DNA from: a virus
DNA length: 64,000 nucleotides
IMG/VR virus record: IMGVR_UViG_3300028840_002150
Location: 38,421 to 102,420 of that record
Direction: 5' to 3' (one strand)
This document shows, piece after piece, positions 55,244-62,826 of this stretch. Under the pieces are notes generated by a model. The model did not search any database. It was given only the letters and a program-made list of their open reading frames with translations, and was not told the DNA's origin. The stretch's first letter is position 1; the number at the start of each line of letters is the position of its first letter. The translations under genes and the position numbers were made by a program.

Positions 55244-56728
55244 ATGGCGCCACAAACGCAAGACCGGCGGCCGACCGGGCGGCAACAGCCCGCCGAGTTA
55301 AACCGTCAGATGCCCTACGATTTGGACGCCGAGCAAGCGGTGCTCGGCTCCATCGTGCTGATGCCGGACGTGCTCGATGATTTGGGCACGATGCTGGAGC
55401 CGGCAGACTTTTTCGACACGGCCCACCAAACGCTGTACGCGGAATTGCGGGCCATCTACGACGGCGGCGGGCGGATTGACCCGACGCTGCTTGTCAATCG
55501 GTTGAAGACCGCCGGGCAATTCGAGGCCGTTGGCGGCGCGGCATATCTCTACAAAATTTTTGAATCGGTGCCCAACGCGGCCCATGCGGTCTATTACGGC
55601 CGCATCGTGCGGGAAGCGGCCAACCTGCGGAACCTGATCCAGGCCGGCACCGAAATCGTCCGGGACGCCTACGAGCAAACAACCCCTTCCGGTGAGCAGA
55701 TTGTCGAGGCCGAGAAGCGGGTGATGGGGGTTGCGGATCGGCAATCCGCGCTGGACCACTCCGTGCGCGGCGTGCGGGAAGTGTTGATCGAGGCGATGGA
55801 CCGCATCGAGCAGCGAATGCAGGGGCTCGGGGATTTGGGGATGCAGACCGGCATCCGGGCGGTAGATGACGTAGTGGGCGGGCTACGGCCCGGAGAATTG
55901 ACCATCCTCGCCGCGCGGCCCAGCCAGGGAAAGTCCGCGCTGGCCGTCGGCATCGCCGCGGAAAACGCGGTCCGCCAGCAGAAGACGGTTCTTTTTGTCA
56001 CTCAGGAGATGCTATCTATCGAGTTGGCGGACCGGGTGCTTTCGGCAGAAGCGCAGGTCAACCTGTTCAATATCCGAAATGGGCGGCTGCGGCAAGACGA
56101 GCTATCGCGAATTGTGGCTGCCTCAGGCCGCATCTCCGAGGCCAAGCTTCTCCTGGACGATCAACTGGTCAATGCCGAGCAAGTAGCGTCAGTGGCTCGC
56201 AGGGTGCGCCGTAAGGCGGGCGGCTTGGACCTGCTGATCGTGGACTACCTGCAACTGATGCCGCCCATTGACGGGCGGGACAACCGGGAACAGCAGGTAG
56301 CCAAAAACAGCCGCACGCTGAAACGGTTGGCCCAGGAGTTGAAAATCCCGGTGCTCTGCCTTGCGCAACTGAACCGGGAAGCCGACAACCAGGGCGTCCG
56401 GCCGAGGTTGTCTCACTTGCGGGAATCCGGCTCTATCGAGCAGGACGCCGACGTGGTGTGGTTTGTTTGGCGGCCCTACGAGCAATCGGCCATGAACCTG
56501 GAAAGCGGGGAGACGCCCGGCGTAGAAATCCTGGAAGACGGAACCCACGCTGAAGAAGCCAAGATTATCGTGGCCAAGCACCGCAACGGGCCCTGCGGGG
56601 AAGCCGATGTGCATTGGCTGAAACAGACCGCAAGATTCGTGGATCGGCGCGTCAATTCGGACGTATCGGATGAATGGTATCCGAGCGGGCCTGATGCGGC
56701 GGCGGGAGAAAGGGGAGACGAATTTTGA
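55244..56728 (+). CDS. dnaB: replicative DNA helicase
   Basis: AEQAVLGS, ILAARPSQGKS, IVDYLQL, LAQLNR, LRESGSIEQDAD, IVAKHRNGP. Confidence 0.95.
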   Translation: MAPQTQDRRPTGRQQPAELNRQMPYDLDAEQAVLGSIVLMPDVLDDLGTMLEPADFFDTAHQTLYAELRAIYDGGGRIDPTLLVNRLKTAGQFEAVGGAAYLYKIFESVPNAAHAVYYGRIVREAANLRNLIQAGTEIVRDAYEQTTPSGEQIVEAEKRVMGVADRQSALDHSVRGVREVLIEAMDRIEQRMQGLGDLGMQTGIRAVDDVVGGLRPGELTILAARPSQGKSALAVGIAAENAVRQQKTVLFVTQEMLSIELADRVLSAEAQVNLFNIRNGRLRQDELSRIVAASGRISEAKLLLDDQLVNAEQVASVARRVRRKAGGLDLLIVDYLQLMPPIDGRDNREQQVAKNSRTLKRLAQELKIPVLCLAQLNREADNQGVRPRLSHLRESGSIEQDADVVWFVWRPYEQSAMNLESGETPGVEILEDGTHAEEAKIIVAKHRNGPCGEADVHWLKQTARFVDRRVNSDVSDEWYPSGPDAAAGERGDEF

Positions 56729-57756
56729 ACCGACAGCAAAGCCTTCCTTTTGCCGAAGCAGAAGGGACGCACGCGGATCGAAAAGCGATGTTGCTTTCCG
56801 CTTTGAACCGGTTTTGTAGCCGGGACTTGCACGCCAAGACGTTCGTACTTCGGGTGTTCTGTGTGACAAGCGGCGGCATTTCTGGGGAGCTGCGCAAGAC
56901 ACATCGGGAAATCGCGGACTGCAGCGAATTCGGCTTGTGTTGCGGCATTACGAAGGCCAAGCAAACGATCCGCAAGGTCTATGAGTTGGGGTTCGTGACA
57001 ATCGATGAGCACAGGTACAAGACAGGTGGACAAGATGCCAACGAGTACCGCATAGACTGGGATGGCGTGAAGCGGCTACTTGCAAACAACGCGCCGCCCC
57101 CCGGTAAAGCGGGCGCGTCGCGCCTACCCCCAGTCGCGTCGCGCCTACCCCCAGTCGCCACGCGACAGCCCTATAAGGAATACCTAACCTCTTCTGTACC
57201 TTCTATACCGGAACCGGTACCGGAAGACCGGACCGGAACCGACGTTTATCCAGGAAGGGGGGAAGACCCGGTATGGACCGATCCGTGGCTTGACCTGCCG
57301 GTACTCGTCCAAGCACGAGAGCAGGTTATCACACCGATGGGTCCGACAATCAGCGGCTCCGTACTGCGTGCGATCCAAAGCGCGGATCTGAAGCCAGCCT
57401 CGTTGGTCCGGTGGTTCAGGCGGCAACTCGACCACCCGGCTCCGGTGCTTGCCGGTACGGAGGCTCACTTGCTTTTGGCTTTGGCGGCGGCCGTTTTCGT
57501 GGTCGAATCGAAAGACGTGCGAACGTCGCCGGTTCGATGGTTCAATTCCATCGTGTCTCGGCGGGACTGGCGGAAGGTTCTGCATCGCATCGACACGGCG
57601 GAGAATGTGATGCAAGTGCCGGAAATTCGGCAACTTGCCGGATTGACACCCAAAGCATTTTCTTGCCATAATGCCGATATTCCGCCAATATCAGCCACCG
57701 ACGAGCGAACAACGGGTAGACAACCAACACCCGTAACCCAAGGAGGAGTATCATGA
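56725..57756 (+). CDS. putative replication initiator
   Basis: N-terminal winged HTH ending NEYRIDW; internal direct repeats; next to dnaB. Confidence 0.6.
   Translation: MNRQQSLPFAEAEGTHADRKAMLLSALNRFCSRDLHAKTFVLRVFCVTSGGISGELRKTHREIADCSEFGLCCGITKAKQTIRKVYELGFVTIDEHRYKTGGQDANEYRIDWDGVKRLLANNAPPPGKAGASRLPPVASRLPPVATRQPYKEYLTSSVPSIPEPVPEDRTGTDVYPGRGEDPVWTDPWLDLPVLVQAREQVITPMGPTISGSVLRAIQSADLKPASLVRWFRRQLDHPAPVLAGTEAHLLLALAAAVFVVESKDVRTSPVRWFNSIVSRRDWRKVLHRIDTAENVMQVPEIRQLAGLTPKAFSCHNADIPPISATDERTTGRQPTPVTQGGVS
57115..57177 (+). repeat. 21-bp iteron-like repeats (putative origin)
   Basis: GCGTCGCGCCTACCCCCAGTC twice plus a degenerate third copy, inside the initiator gene. Confidence 0.6.
57676..57713 (+). 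promoter_or_regulatory. early-type operator/promoter
   Basis: Perfect GATATT-CCGCC-AATATC, N12, GCGAACA; C/A-rich leader; AGGAGG. Confidence 0.7.
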
Positions 57757-58061
57757 GCTTTGGCTGGTACGCTCAAAAACGGTGCAGCAAGTGTCGGGCA
57801 AGGAAGTTGCTTGCCGAATTTACACGGTGCGATCGATACGCCGACGGCCACGAATCTTGGTGCAAGGCGTGCAAGAGACAGCACCGCAAAAATCGGTACC
57901 GGTATAACCCGACGCACCGGGACGCGGAAAACTACGCAGACAAAGTGCTCCGACAACGCCGCTACATTGAAAGTCGGTTGTCGGCATTCGACGCAACGGA
58001 GCACGAGGACGAAGTGTACTTTGCCGCAGCGGAGGCTGCGTGCTGGGTGGAGGTGGATTGA
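57753..58061 (+). CDS. Zn-finger protein (endonuclease VII-like N-terminal finger)
   Basis: KRCSKC...F.......DG..SWCKAC. Confidence 0.65.
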   Translation: MSFGWYAQKRCSKCRARKLLAEFTRCDRYADGHESWCKACKRQHRKNRYRYNPTHRDAENYADKVLRQRRYIESRLSAFDATEHEDEVYFAAAEAACWVEVD

Positions 58062-58069
58062 ATGACACG

Positions 58070-58152
58070 CGGGGCGAGCGGCTCGAAGAATCGGTTGGAC
58101 CGATCCTGTCAAACCGGGCTGGCTTACCGGGGTTCGTGGCCCCGGCGCCCCA
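58070..58152 (+). ncRNA. tRNA-like element 1
   Basis: GGGGCG/CGCCCC acceptor; CCGGGG-TTCGTGG-CCCCGG T-arm; ~10-bp anticodon-position arm. Confidence 0.45.
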
Positions 58153-58253
58153 CTTACCGGGAAACGTCCCTGGTAACAGGTAGTTTAGGCATATGAAACC
58201 TGGCGCGATGACAAGCGCGAATTATCCCAAGCCCGTGGCGGTGTGAGGCCGCC

Positions 58254-58521
58254 ATTGCAACAGGATGGAACGCGATGTACCCCGTGCAAGACCTTTCGGC
58301 CGCTTATCCCATAACGCGGCGCTCAGTGACCACGACTTTCGGTGGGCGACCGGCCAGTTGGAGGCTGGTTAGCAGTCAAACGAGAAAGGTGCGTGCCGTG
58401 GACCGACATCCCAGACAACACCCAAGCATCGGCGGGTGGGGAGACGCGAGAGACGGCGGGCCGGCGGGACGCTGCCGGATAGCCAAGTACATCGAGCGGG
58501 TTCGAGGCCCGCGGTTGCAAT
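58254..58521 (+). ncRNA. tRNA-like domain enclosing a ~206-nt structured insert
   Basis: ATTGCAAC/GTTGCAAT; CGATGTAC/GTACATCG; GCGGG-TTCGAGG-CCCGC T-arm. Confidence 0.55.
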
Positions 58522-58588
58522 TCGGCGGCTTACGCAGATGGGCCGTCGGCTACTACTTTTTGCTCGCCGTTCGTTGCGGCGGGCGTTT

Positions 58589-58672
58589 GTGTGAGTGGTG
58601 AAACGGTATCACTCCGGGTTAGACGCATAAAAGTCTAGCTCGGCGTTTCGGGTTCGAATCCCGGCTCACGCT
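58589..58672 (+). tRNA. atypical tRNA or tRNA mimic with 11-bp anticodon arm; identity unassignable
   Basis: GTGTGAG/CTCACGC acceptor; GTGA-AACGGTA-TCAC D-arm; TCGGG-TTCGAAT-CCCGG T-arm; no encoded CCA. Confidence 0.65.
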
Positions 58673-58733
58673 TTTACTTTTTGGGTAGCCCAGGCCAAAG
58701 CGGCGTTAGCCGTGTAGGTAGGCCACGGGCGGC

Positions 58734-59186
58734 ATGCTCTACCGGGCATGCCGCCCGCCTGTACGCAACCGAAAGCCGCTGGTCATGGCTCGATTATCAA
58801 CCGCAACTCGCCGCATGTACGCCGACTTCATGGCGGAGTTCCCGTACTGTATGCGGTGCGGATACATGCCGGACCGGGAATGGCGCGGCTGGATGTGGAA
58901 CCGATTGGACAACGCCCATATTCTCGGCGGGTGTTGCCGCACGCATGACCGCAGAAATCTATTGCGGCTATGCGACGGGTGCCACCGGTCGGAACGGGCC
59001 CAGGTAGTGATAGAGCCGGGCCTATACGTGCCGAAGTTGACATTGGCCGGCAAGCTGTGGCTAAAGGCCGAATATGACCCGGACCATTGGGACCCGGATT
59101 ACTTGCGTCGTATCGGGGTCAAGCAATGGTTGCCGCATCCAATTCGTCCAAAGCCGTTGCCAGAATTGGCATGGGGAAGGTTATGA
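58734..59186 (+). CDS. HNH-like nuclease
   Basis: CMRCG...AHI....R.HD..NLLRLCDGCH. Confidence 0.65.
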   Translation: MLYRACRPPVRNRKPLVMARLSTATRRMYADFMAEFPYCMRCGYMPDREWRGWMWNRLDNAHILGGCCRTHDRRNLLRLCDGCHRSERAQVVIEPGLYVPKLTLAGKLWLKAEYDPDHWDPDYLRRIGVKQWLPHPIRPKPLPELAWGRL

Positions 59187-59395
59187 CACCGGACCAAATC
59201 TGGCGGCAACTTGTGGCGAAGCAACCCAGGCTATCCGATGAGTCGTCTACCGTCACAATCGACGGGCGGAATTTGCGCTCGATAATTCGGCAGGCGTGGG
59301 AGCACGGCGAACGTGAAGGAAGGCGGCGGGAAAGATCGAATCAGAGGACGGAGTTCGATTTTTTAGGCGATTTACTGAGGGGTGGTAATGGCTGA
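59183..59395 (+). CDS. hypothetical protein
   Basis: ATGA coupling. Confidence 0.55.
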   Translation: MTPDQIWRQLVAKQPRLSDESSTVTIDGRNLRSIIRQAWEHGEREGRRRERSNQRTEFDFLGDLLRGGNG

Positions 59396-60434
59396 AACAA
59401 CGAATATCGCTTGGACGGATGTGACGTTTAATCCATGGATTGGATGCTCTCACGCGAAGATACCTGGGGCCGACAAGCCACATCCTGGGTGCCTACATTG
59501 CTATGCGTGTGCGCAGTCTGCCCGGTTTGGCGTGAAGTGGGGGCCGAATGGTACGCGTCGCAAAACATCGGATGCGTACTGGCGGAAGCCGCTCAAGTGG
59601 AATCGGGACGAACTCAAGAGGCAGGGCAGGCGAATCCAGGCCCCGAAGCTGCGCCGCCCCCGCGTGTTCCCGTCCCTCATGGATCCGTTCGAGGACCGGG
59701 ATGGTCCGATACTGGATCATCACGGCGATAGGTTGTGCTTGATTCATGGAGAAGGTCACGCGGCCGGCTACGACGGCTACCGATACGTGGTTGCGCGTGG
59801 ACGATCGTCCTACGCGTGCATGGCTGAAATGGACCACCTTCGCCGCGACTTCTTCGCGCTGATCGACCAGACGCCGAACCTGGATTGGATTCTACTGACG
59901 AAGAGGCCGCAGAACATTCGGCGGATGTGGCCGAGTCGTTCTGAAGAGATCGAATTTGGCGCGTACGCGAAAGCGTTTCCACTACACGAAGCGCATCGCG
60001 CTGATTGCAGCGACTTCTATCGCCCGAACGTCTGGATCTTGTATTCCGCCTCCGACCAGGAATCCCTGGAATCCGGGTTGCCGCACCTGCTGGCTTGCCG
60101 GGATCTAGCTCCCGTTATCGGGCTCAGCTTGGAGCCGCTTATCGCGCCGATTGCGTTTGACGACGAATACCTGCAGGACGTGCTAAGGCGTTTAATTGAT
60201 TGGGTAATCATTGGCGGTGAGAGCGGACCAAAAGCCCGCCCGTGCCCTTGGCATACCTACATTCGCCCTATCGTTCAACAGTGCCAAGCGGCTAACGTGC
60301 CAGTGTTCGTCAAGCAGTTGGGAAGCCACACGGCGAAGGGGCTCGACTGGCAACATCCCAAAGGCGCGGATCCGTCAGAATGGCCCGAAGACCTGCGAGT
60401 TCAGCAATACCCCTTTCAAGGAGCGACGATATGA
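59388..60434 (+). CDS. DUF5131 (phage Gp37/Gp68) family protein
   Basis: T.IAWTD.TFNPWIGC...GC.HCYA; LLTKRP; S.EPL; IDWVIIGGESG; VPVFVKQLG. Confidence 0.9.
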   Translation: MAETTNIAWTDVTFNPWIGCSHAKIPGADKPHPGCLHCYACAQSARFGVKWGPNGTRRKTSDAYWRKPLKWNRDELKRQGRRIQAPKLRRPRVFPSLMDPFEDRDGPILDHHGDRLCLIHGEGHAAGYDGYRYVVARGRSSYACMAEMDHLRRDFFALIDQTPNLDWILLTKRPQNIRRMWPSRSEEIEFGAYAKAFPLHEAHRADCSDFYRPNVWILYSASDQESLESGLPHLLACRDLAPVIGLSLEPLIAPIAFDDEYLQDVLRRLIDWVIIGGESGPKARPCPWHTYIRPIVQQCQAANVPVFVKQLGSHTAKGLDWQHPKGADPSEWPEDLRVQQYPFQGATI

Positions 60435-60988
60435 CAGAGTTTCATGTTGGTTACGTTGGCAAGCGGCGGGACGGGAAGCGGGCGCATTGCATCGAAACAA
60501 GCACCTGCGCGGCACAATGGGCGACGCCGCACATAACGAAAACATTCTGGACCACGCTGAACGGCAAGTACGCCAAACACGGGCCGGACAGTATTTGCGA
60601 CATCATCGGCCCGTGGAAAGAACCGGAACCGGATCCGCCGCCGGTGGACTGGTCGAAGCCGCTTCAGACGACCGAAGGCGTACCGGCCACGCTGGTGTAC
60701 ACCGACGAGCACAATTACGTGATTTATCGTCGTCTTCTCGTCATTCACTCGACAATAGAAGGCGATAAAAGCGGTTGGTTCGAGGAAGACGGAAAGCACA
60801 GCCTGTCGCGTTACAACATCGTCAACGTCCCCGAGCCCGAACCGCAGCGATTGGTGCGGTATTTCAATATGTACCCTGGTTGCGTCGGTTTCGTTTACGA
60901 CTGTCGCAAGGACGCGGACAACGAGGCCGTTGAGGGTCGCATCGCCTGTAAACGCGTAGAGTTTACCGCGGGCGAGTGGGACGACTGA
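60431..60988 (+). CDS. hypothetical protein with duplicated phage domain
   Basis: RDGKRA...WTT.NG and DWSKPLQTT.G..A...WF..DG; AAGGAG RBS. Confidence 0.6.
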   Translation: MTEFHVGYVGKRRDGKRAHCIETSTCAAQWATPHITKTFWTTLNGKYAKHGPDSICDIIGPWKEPEPDPPPVDWSKPLQTTEGVPATLVYTDEHNYVIYRRLLVIHSTIEGDKSGWFEEDGKHSLSRYNIVNVPEPEPQRLVRYFNMYPGCVGFVYDCRKDADNEAVEGRIACKRVEFTAGEWDD

Positions 60989-61003
60989 TAAGGGACAATA
61001 ACC

Positions 61004-61207
61004 ATGACGGATTACGAAGACATCGTGCCCCAATACGAAAGCGAAATCAGGAGAGATCCGCGCACCGGGGCACAGGTGGTAACGGTGTGGCGGGACGGGG
61101 TGGGGGTGTCGAGGCGGCTGGACGGGCGCCCAATTGAGCCTGACCGGTCAGACGACGAAGACGAAAGGAGACGCAGGCATGAGCGGATTAAGCAAAGAGC
61201 AGATTGA
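61004..61207 (+). CDS. hypothetical protein
   Basis: AAGGGA RBS. Confidence 0.45.
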   Translation: MTDYEDIVPQYESEIRRDPRTGAQVVTVWRDGVGVSRRLDGRPIEPDRSDDEDERRRRHERIKQRAD

Positions 61208-61478
61208 AAGGATGTTGCGGGACGCGGACGTAATGAAATCGCTTGCAAAAAGAGGTTACGTTGTGCGAGCCGCAAAAAATGCAGAAGACGTTGTTCGCCA
61301 CGTCAAGGCATTAGCGGCCGAAGTGGAGCGGTTGCGGCAAGCATGTTCGATGGCCGTAAGAAAATTAAGCTGCGTGTCAATTGAGCGAATGGTAAACTGC
61401 GTTCCCGAAATTTTACGCGAGTGCGACCGGCAGGCGATAGAAATACTGCTGGAGGCATTGCACGGCAAGGAAGAATAA
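61179..61478 (+). CDS. hypothetical protein (Ead/Ea22-like coiled coil)
   Basis: AAGGAG RBS; V.AL.AEVERLR. Confidence 0.5.
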   Translation: MSGLSKEQIERMLRDADVMKSLAKRGYVVRAAKNAEDVVRHVKALAAEVERLRQACSMAVRKLSCVSIERMVNCVPEILRECDRQAIEILLEALHGKEE

Positions 61479-61520
61479 ATTATCAGCGAGACCACAAGCT
61501 AAGTTGGCAGTAGGGGCGAC

Positions 61521-61787
61521 ATGTTTAAGATCGGCAGTACGGTCTACAACCTGGACACCTTGGAGTCCGGCGAATTACGCAACGTCACGCGCAAAAACGC
61601 GGTGGTGCGGCTTCCGACAGGACGCCGCGCGTATTGGGCACCGGACCGCGTGGCCACCGGCCTACACAAGTGCTCCGGGTGCGGTAAGCCGATTCGACCG
61701 GGCGGCTGCCGGCAGGCGGGAACTGGGCGGTTTGCCGTGCCGGTGTGCGCGGAGTGTGACCTGCAGGACCGCTTGCAACCGGACTAA
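61521..61787 (+). CDS. Zn-finger hypothetical protein
   Basis: CSGCG...CAEC. Confidence 0.5.
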   Translation: MFKIGSTVYNLDTLESGELRNVTRKNAVVRLPTGRRAYWAPDRVATGLHKCSGCGKPIRPGGCRQAGTGRFAVPVCAECDLQDRLQPD

Positions 61788-61804
61788 GGAAAGGCCCCGG
61801 ACCC

Positions 61805-62017
61805 ATGCGGGCGGACCCCAAGCAACAGCAGCTTTTCGACGCCAGGCCGGAAAAACCGGCTATCCAGCAACCGCTCGCTGTTTATTGCCGGGTTTGCGGC
61901 CGGCGGCTTAGTCATCCCAAATCTAAGGCCGCCGGGGTAGGTCCCGTCTGTAAGCGGCCCGCTCGCACGAAAAAACCGGCACCCGCCCAGCCCCCGCTGA
62001 TACTTGCGGAAAACTAG
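61805..62017 (+). CDS. DUF6011-like Zn-finger protein
   Basis: CRVCGRRLSHPKSKAAGVGPVC. Confidence 0.65.
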   Translation: MRADPKQQQLFDARPEKPAIQQPLAVYCRVCGRRLSHPKSKAAGVGPVCKRPARTKKPAPAQPPLILAEN

Positions 62018-62037
62018 CCGCTACGGTAGAGATCCCC
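62004..62037 (+). promoter_or_regulatory. putative late promoter
   Basis: TTGCGG-N17-TAGAGATCCCC. Confidence 0.5.
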
Positions 62038-62067
62038 GAGAATATCTACACTCAGGGAGCGCCGTGG

Positions 62068-62817
62068 ATGGCCTGCGTTTTCAAGTACGGGAGCTATACC
62101 CACGATGCGGGCACGGTTGGATTGTCCGCATCGCGGGAAGCACTGCGGGACGAGCTGGACCAAATGTGGGCGCACAAGATCCGTTGGGCGCTGGATATTA
62201 CCCTCATTAGCCAGCTATCCGAGGCCGCGGCACGCTCGGCGATAAAAACCAAGCAGGACGCGCTGATCGCCGCCTACGCCGTAGAAAACGTGGACGCGGT
62301 GCTGTACCAACCGGGCGGAAGCACGGCCACGCACCATTCCTTGCTTACGGCCAATACATGGGGCGGCGTGCGAGTTATTCAGCCGCCGAGCTTCACGCAG
62401 TATCGCGGCGCGGAGGGCGTGACCTACGCCACGGCGCAAGCGGTTATCGAGGCGGTTGTGCCGATTAGCGGCTACAACCAAATTTCCAGCTTCACTGAAT
62501 CGGTCAGCTTTGATTGCGACCCGGTAATCGCTCACATTCCCACGAAGATCGGGTTGCCGGTCCGGCAGCGCCTTCGCCAACATCCGGTTTTTCGCGTTCG
62601 CCAAACAGGATCCGCCAAGGGCCGGGACTACACCCCCAGCATCCCGCCGCCGATCTGGCCGGGAGATACTGTCAAGCCAATCGCCCAAAAAACCATCGGG
62701 CATCCGAAACGGATGGGCGACAAACTCTACGACTTCCCCGTCTCGTGGACCTACGAGTTCGAAATGCAATACCAGCCGAGCGGCCTACCGAACCGCTACG
62801 GCGTGACCTACCCGTAA
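62068..62817 (+). CDS. putative distal tail/tail-tip protein
   Basis: Beta-rich; F.YGSY.H N-terminus; resumes the structural operon. Confidence 0.55.
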   Translation: MACVFKYGSYTHDAGTVGLSASREALRDELDQMWAHKIRWALDITLISQLSEAAARSAIKTKQDALIAAYAVENVDAVLYQPGGSTATHHSLLTANTWGGVRVIQPPSFTQYRGAEGVTYATAQAVIEAVVPISGYNQISSFTESVSFDCDPVIAHIPTKIGLPVRQRLRQHPVFRVRQTGSAKGRDYTPSIPPPIWPGDTVKPIAQKTIGHPKRMGDKLYDFPVSWTYEFEMQYQPSGLPNRYGVTYP

Positions 62818-62826
62818 GGATCCGAC

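Noticed and set aside
12313-56728. Inteins in TerL or DnaB
   Set aside because: No C/S...HN-C/S/T splice motifs or LAGLIDADG blocks seen; motif spacing is normal.
58281-58486. Group I intron in a tRNA anticodon loop
   Set aside because: Size is similar and there are weak R/S-like words (GAGAGACG, GATAGCC), but there is no room for P9 or a terminal G, and the flanks do not rebuild a normal tRNA.
58254-58521. Canonical tmRNA (ssrA)
   Set aside because: No GGGG 5' end, no G3-U70 alanine determinant, no CCA, no evident tag frame, and shorter than typical.
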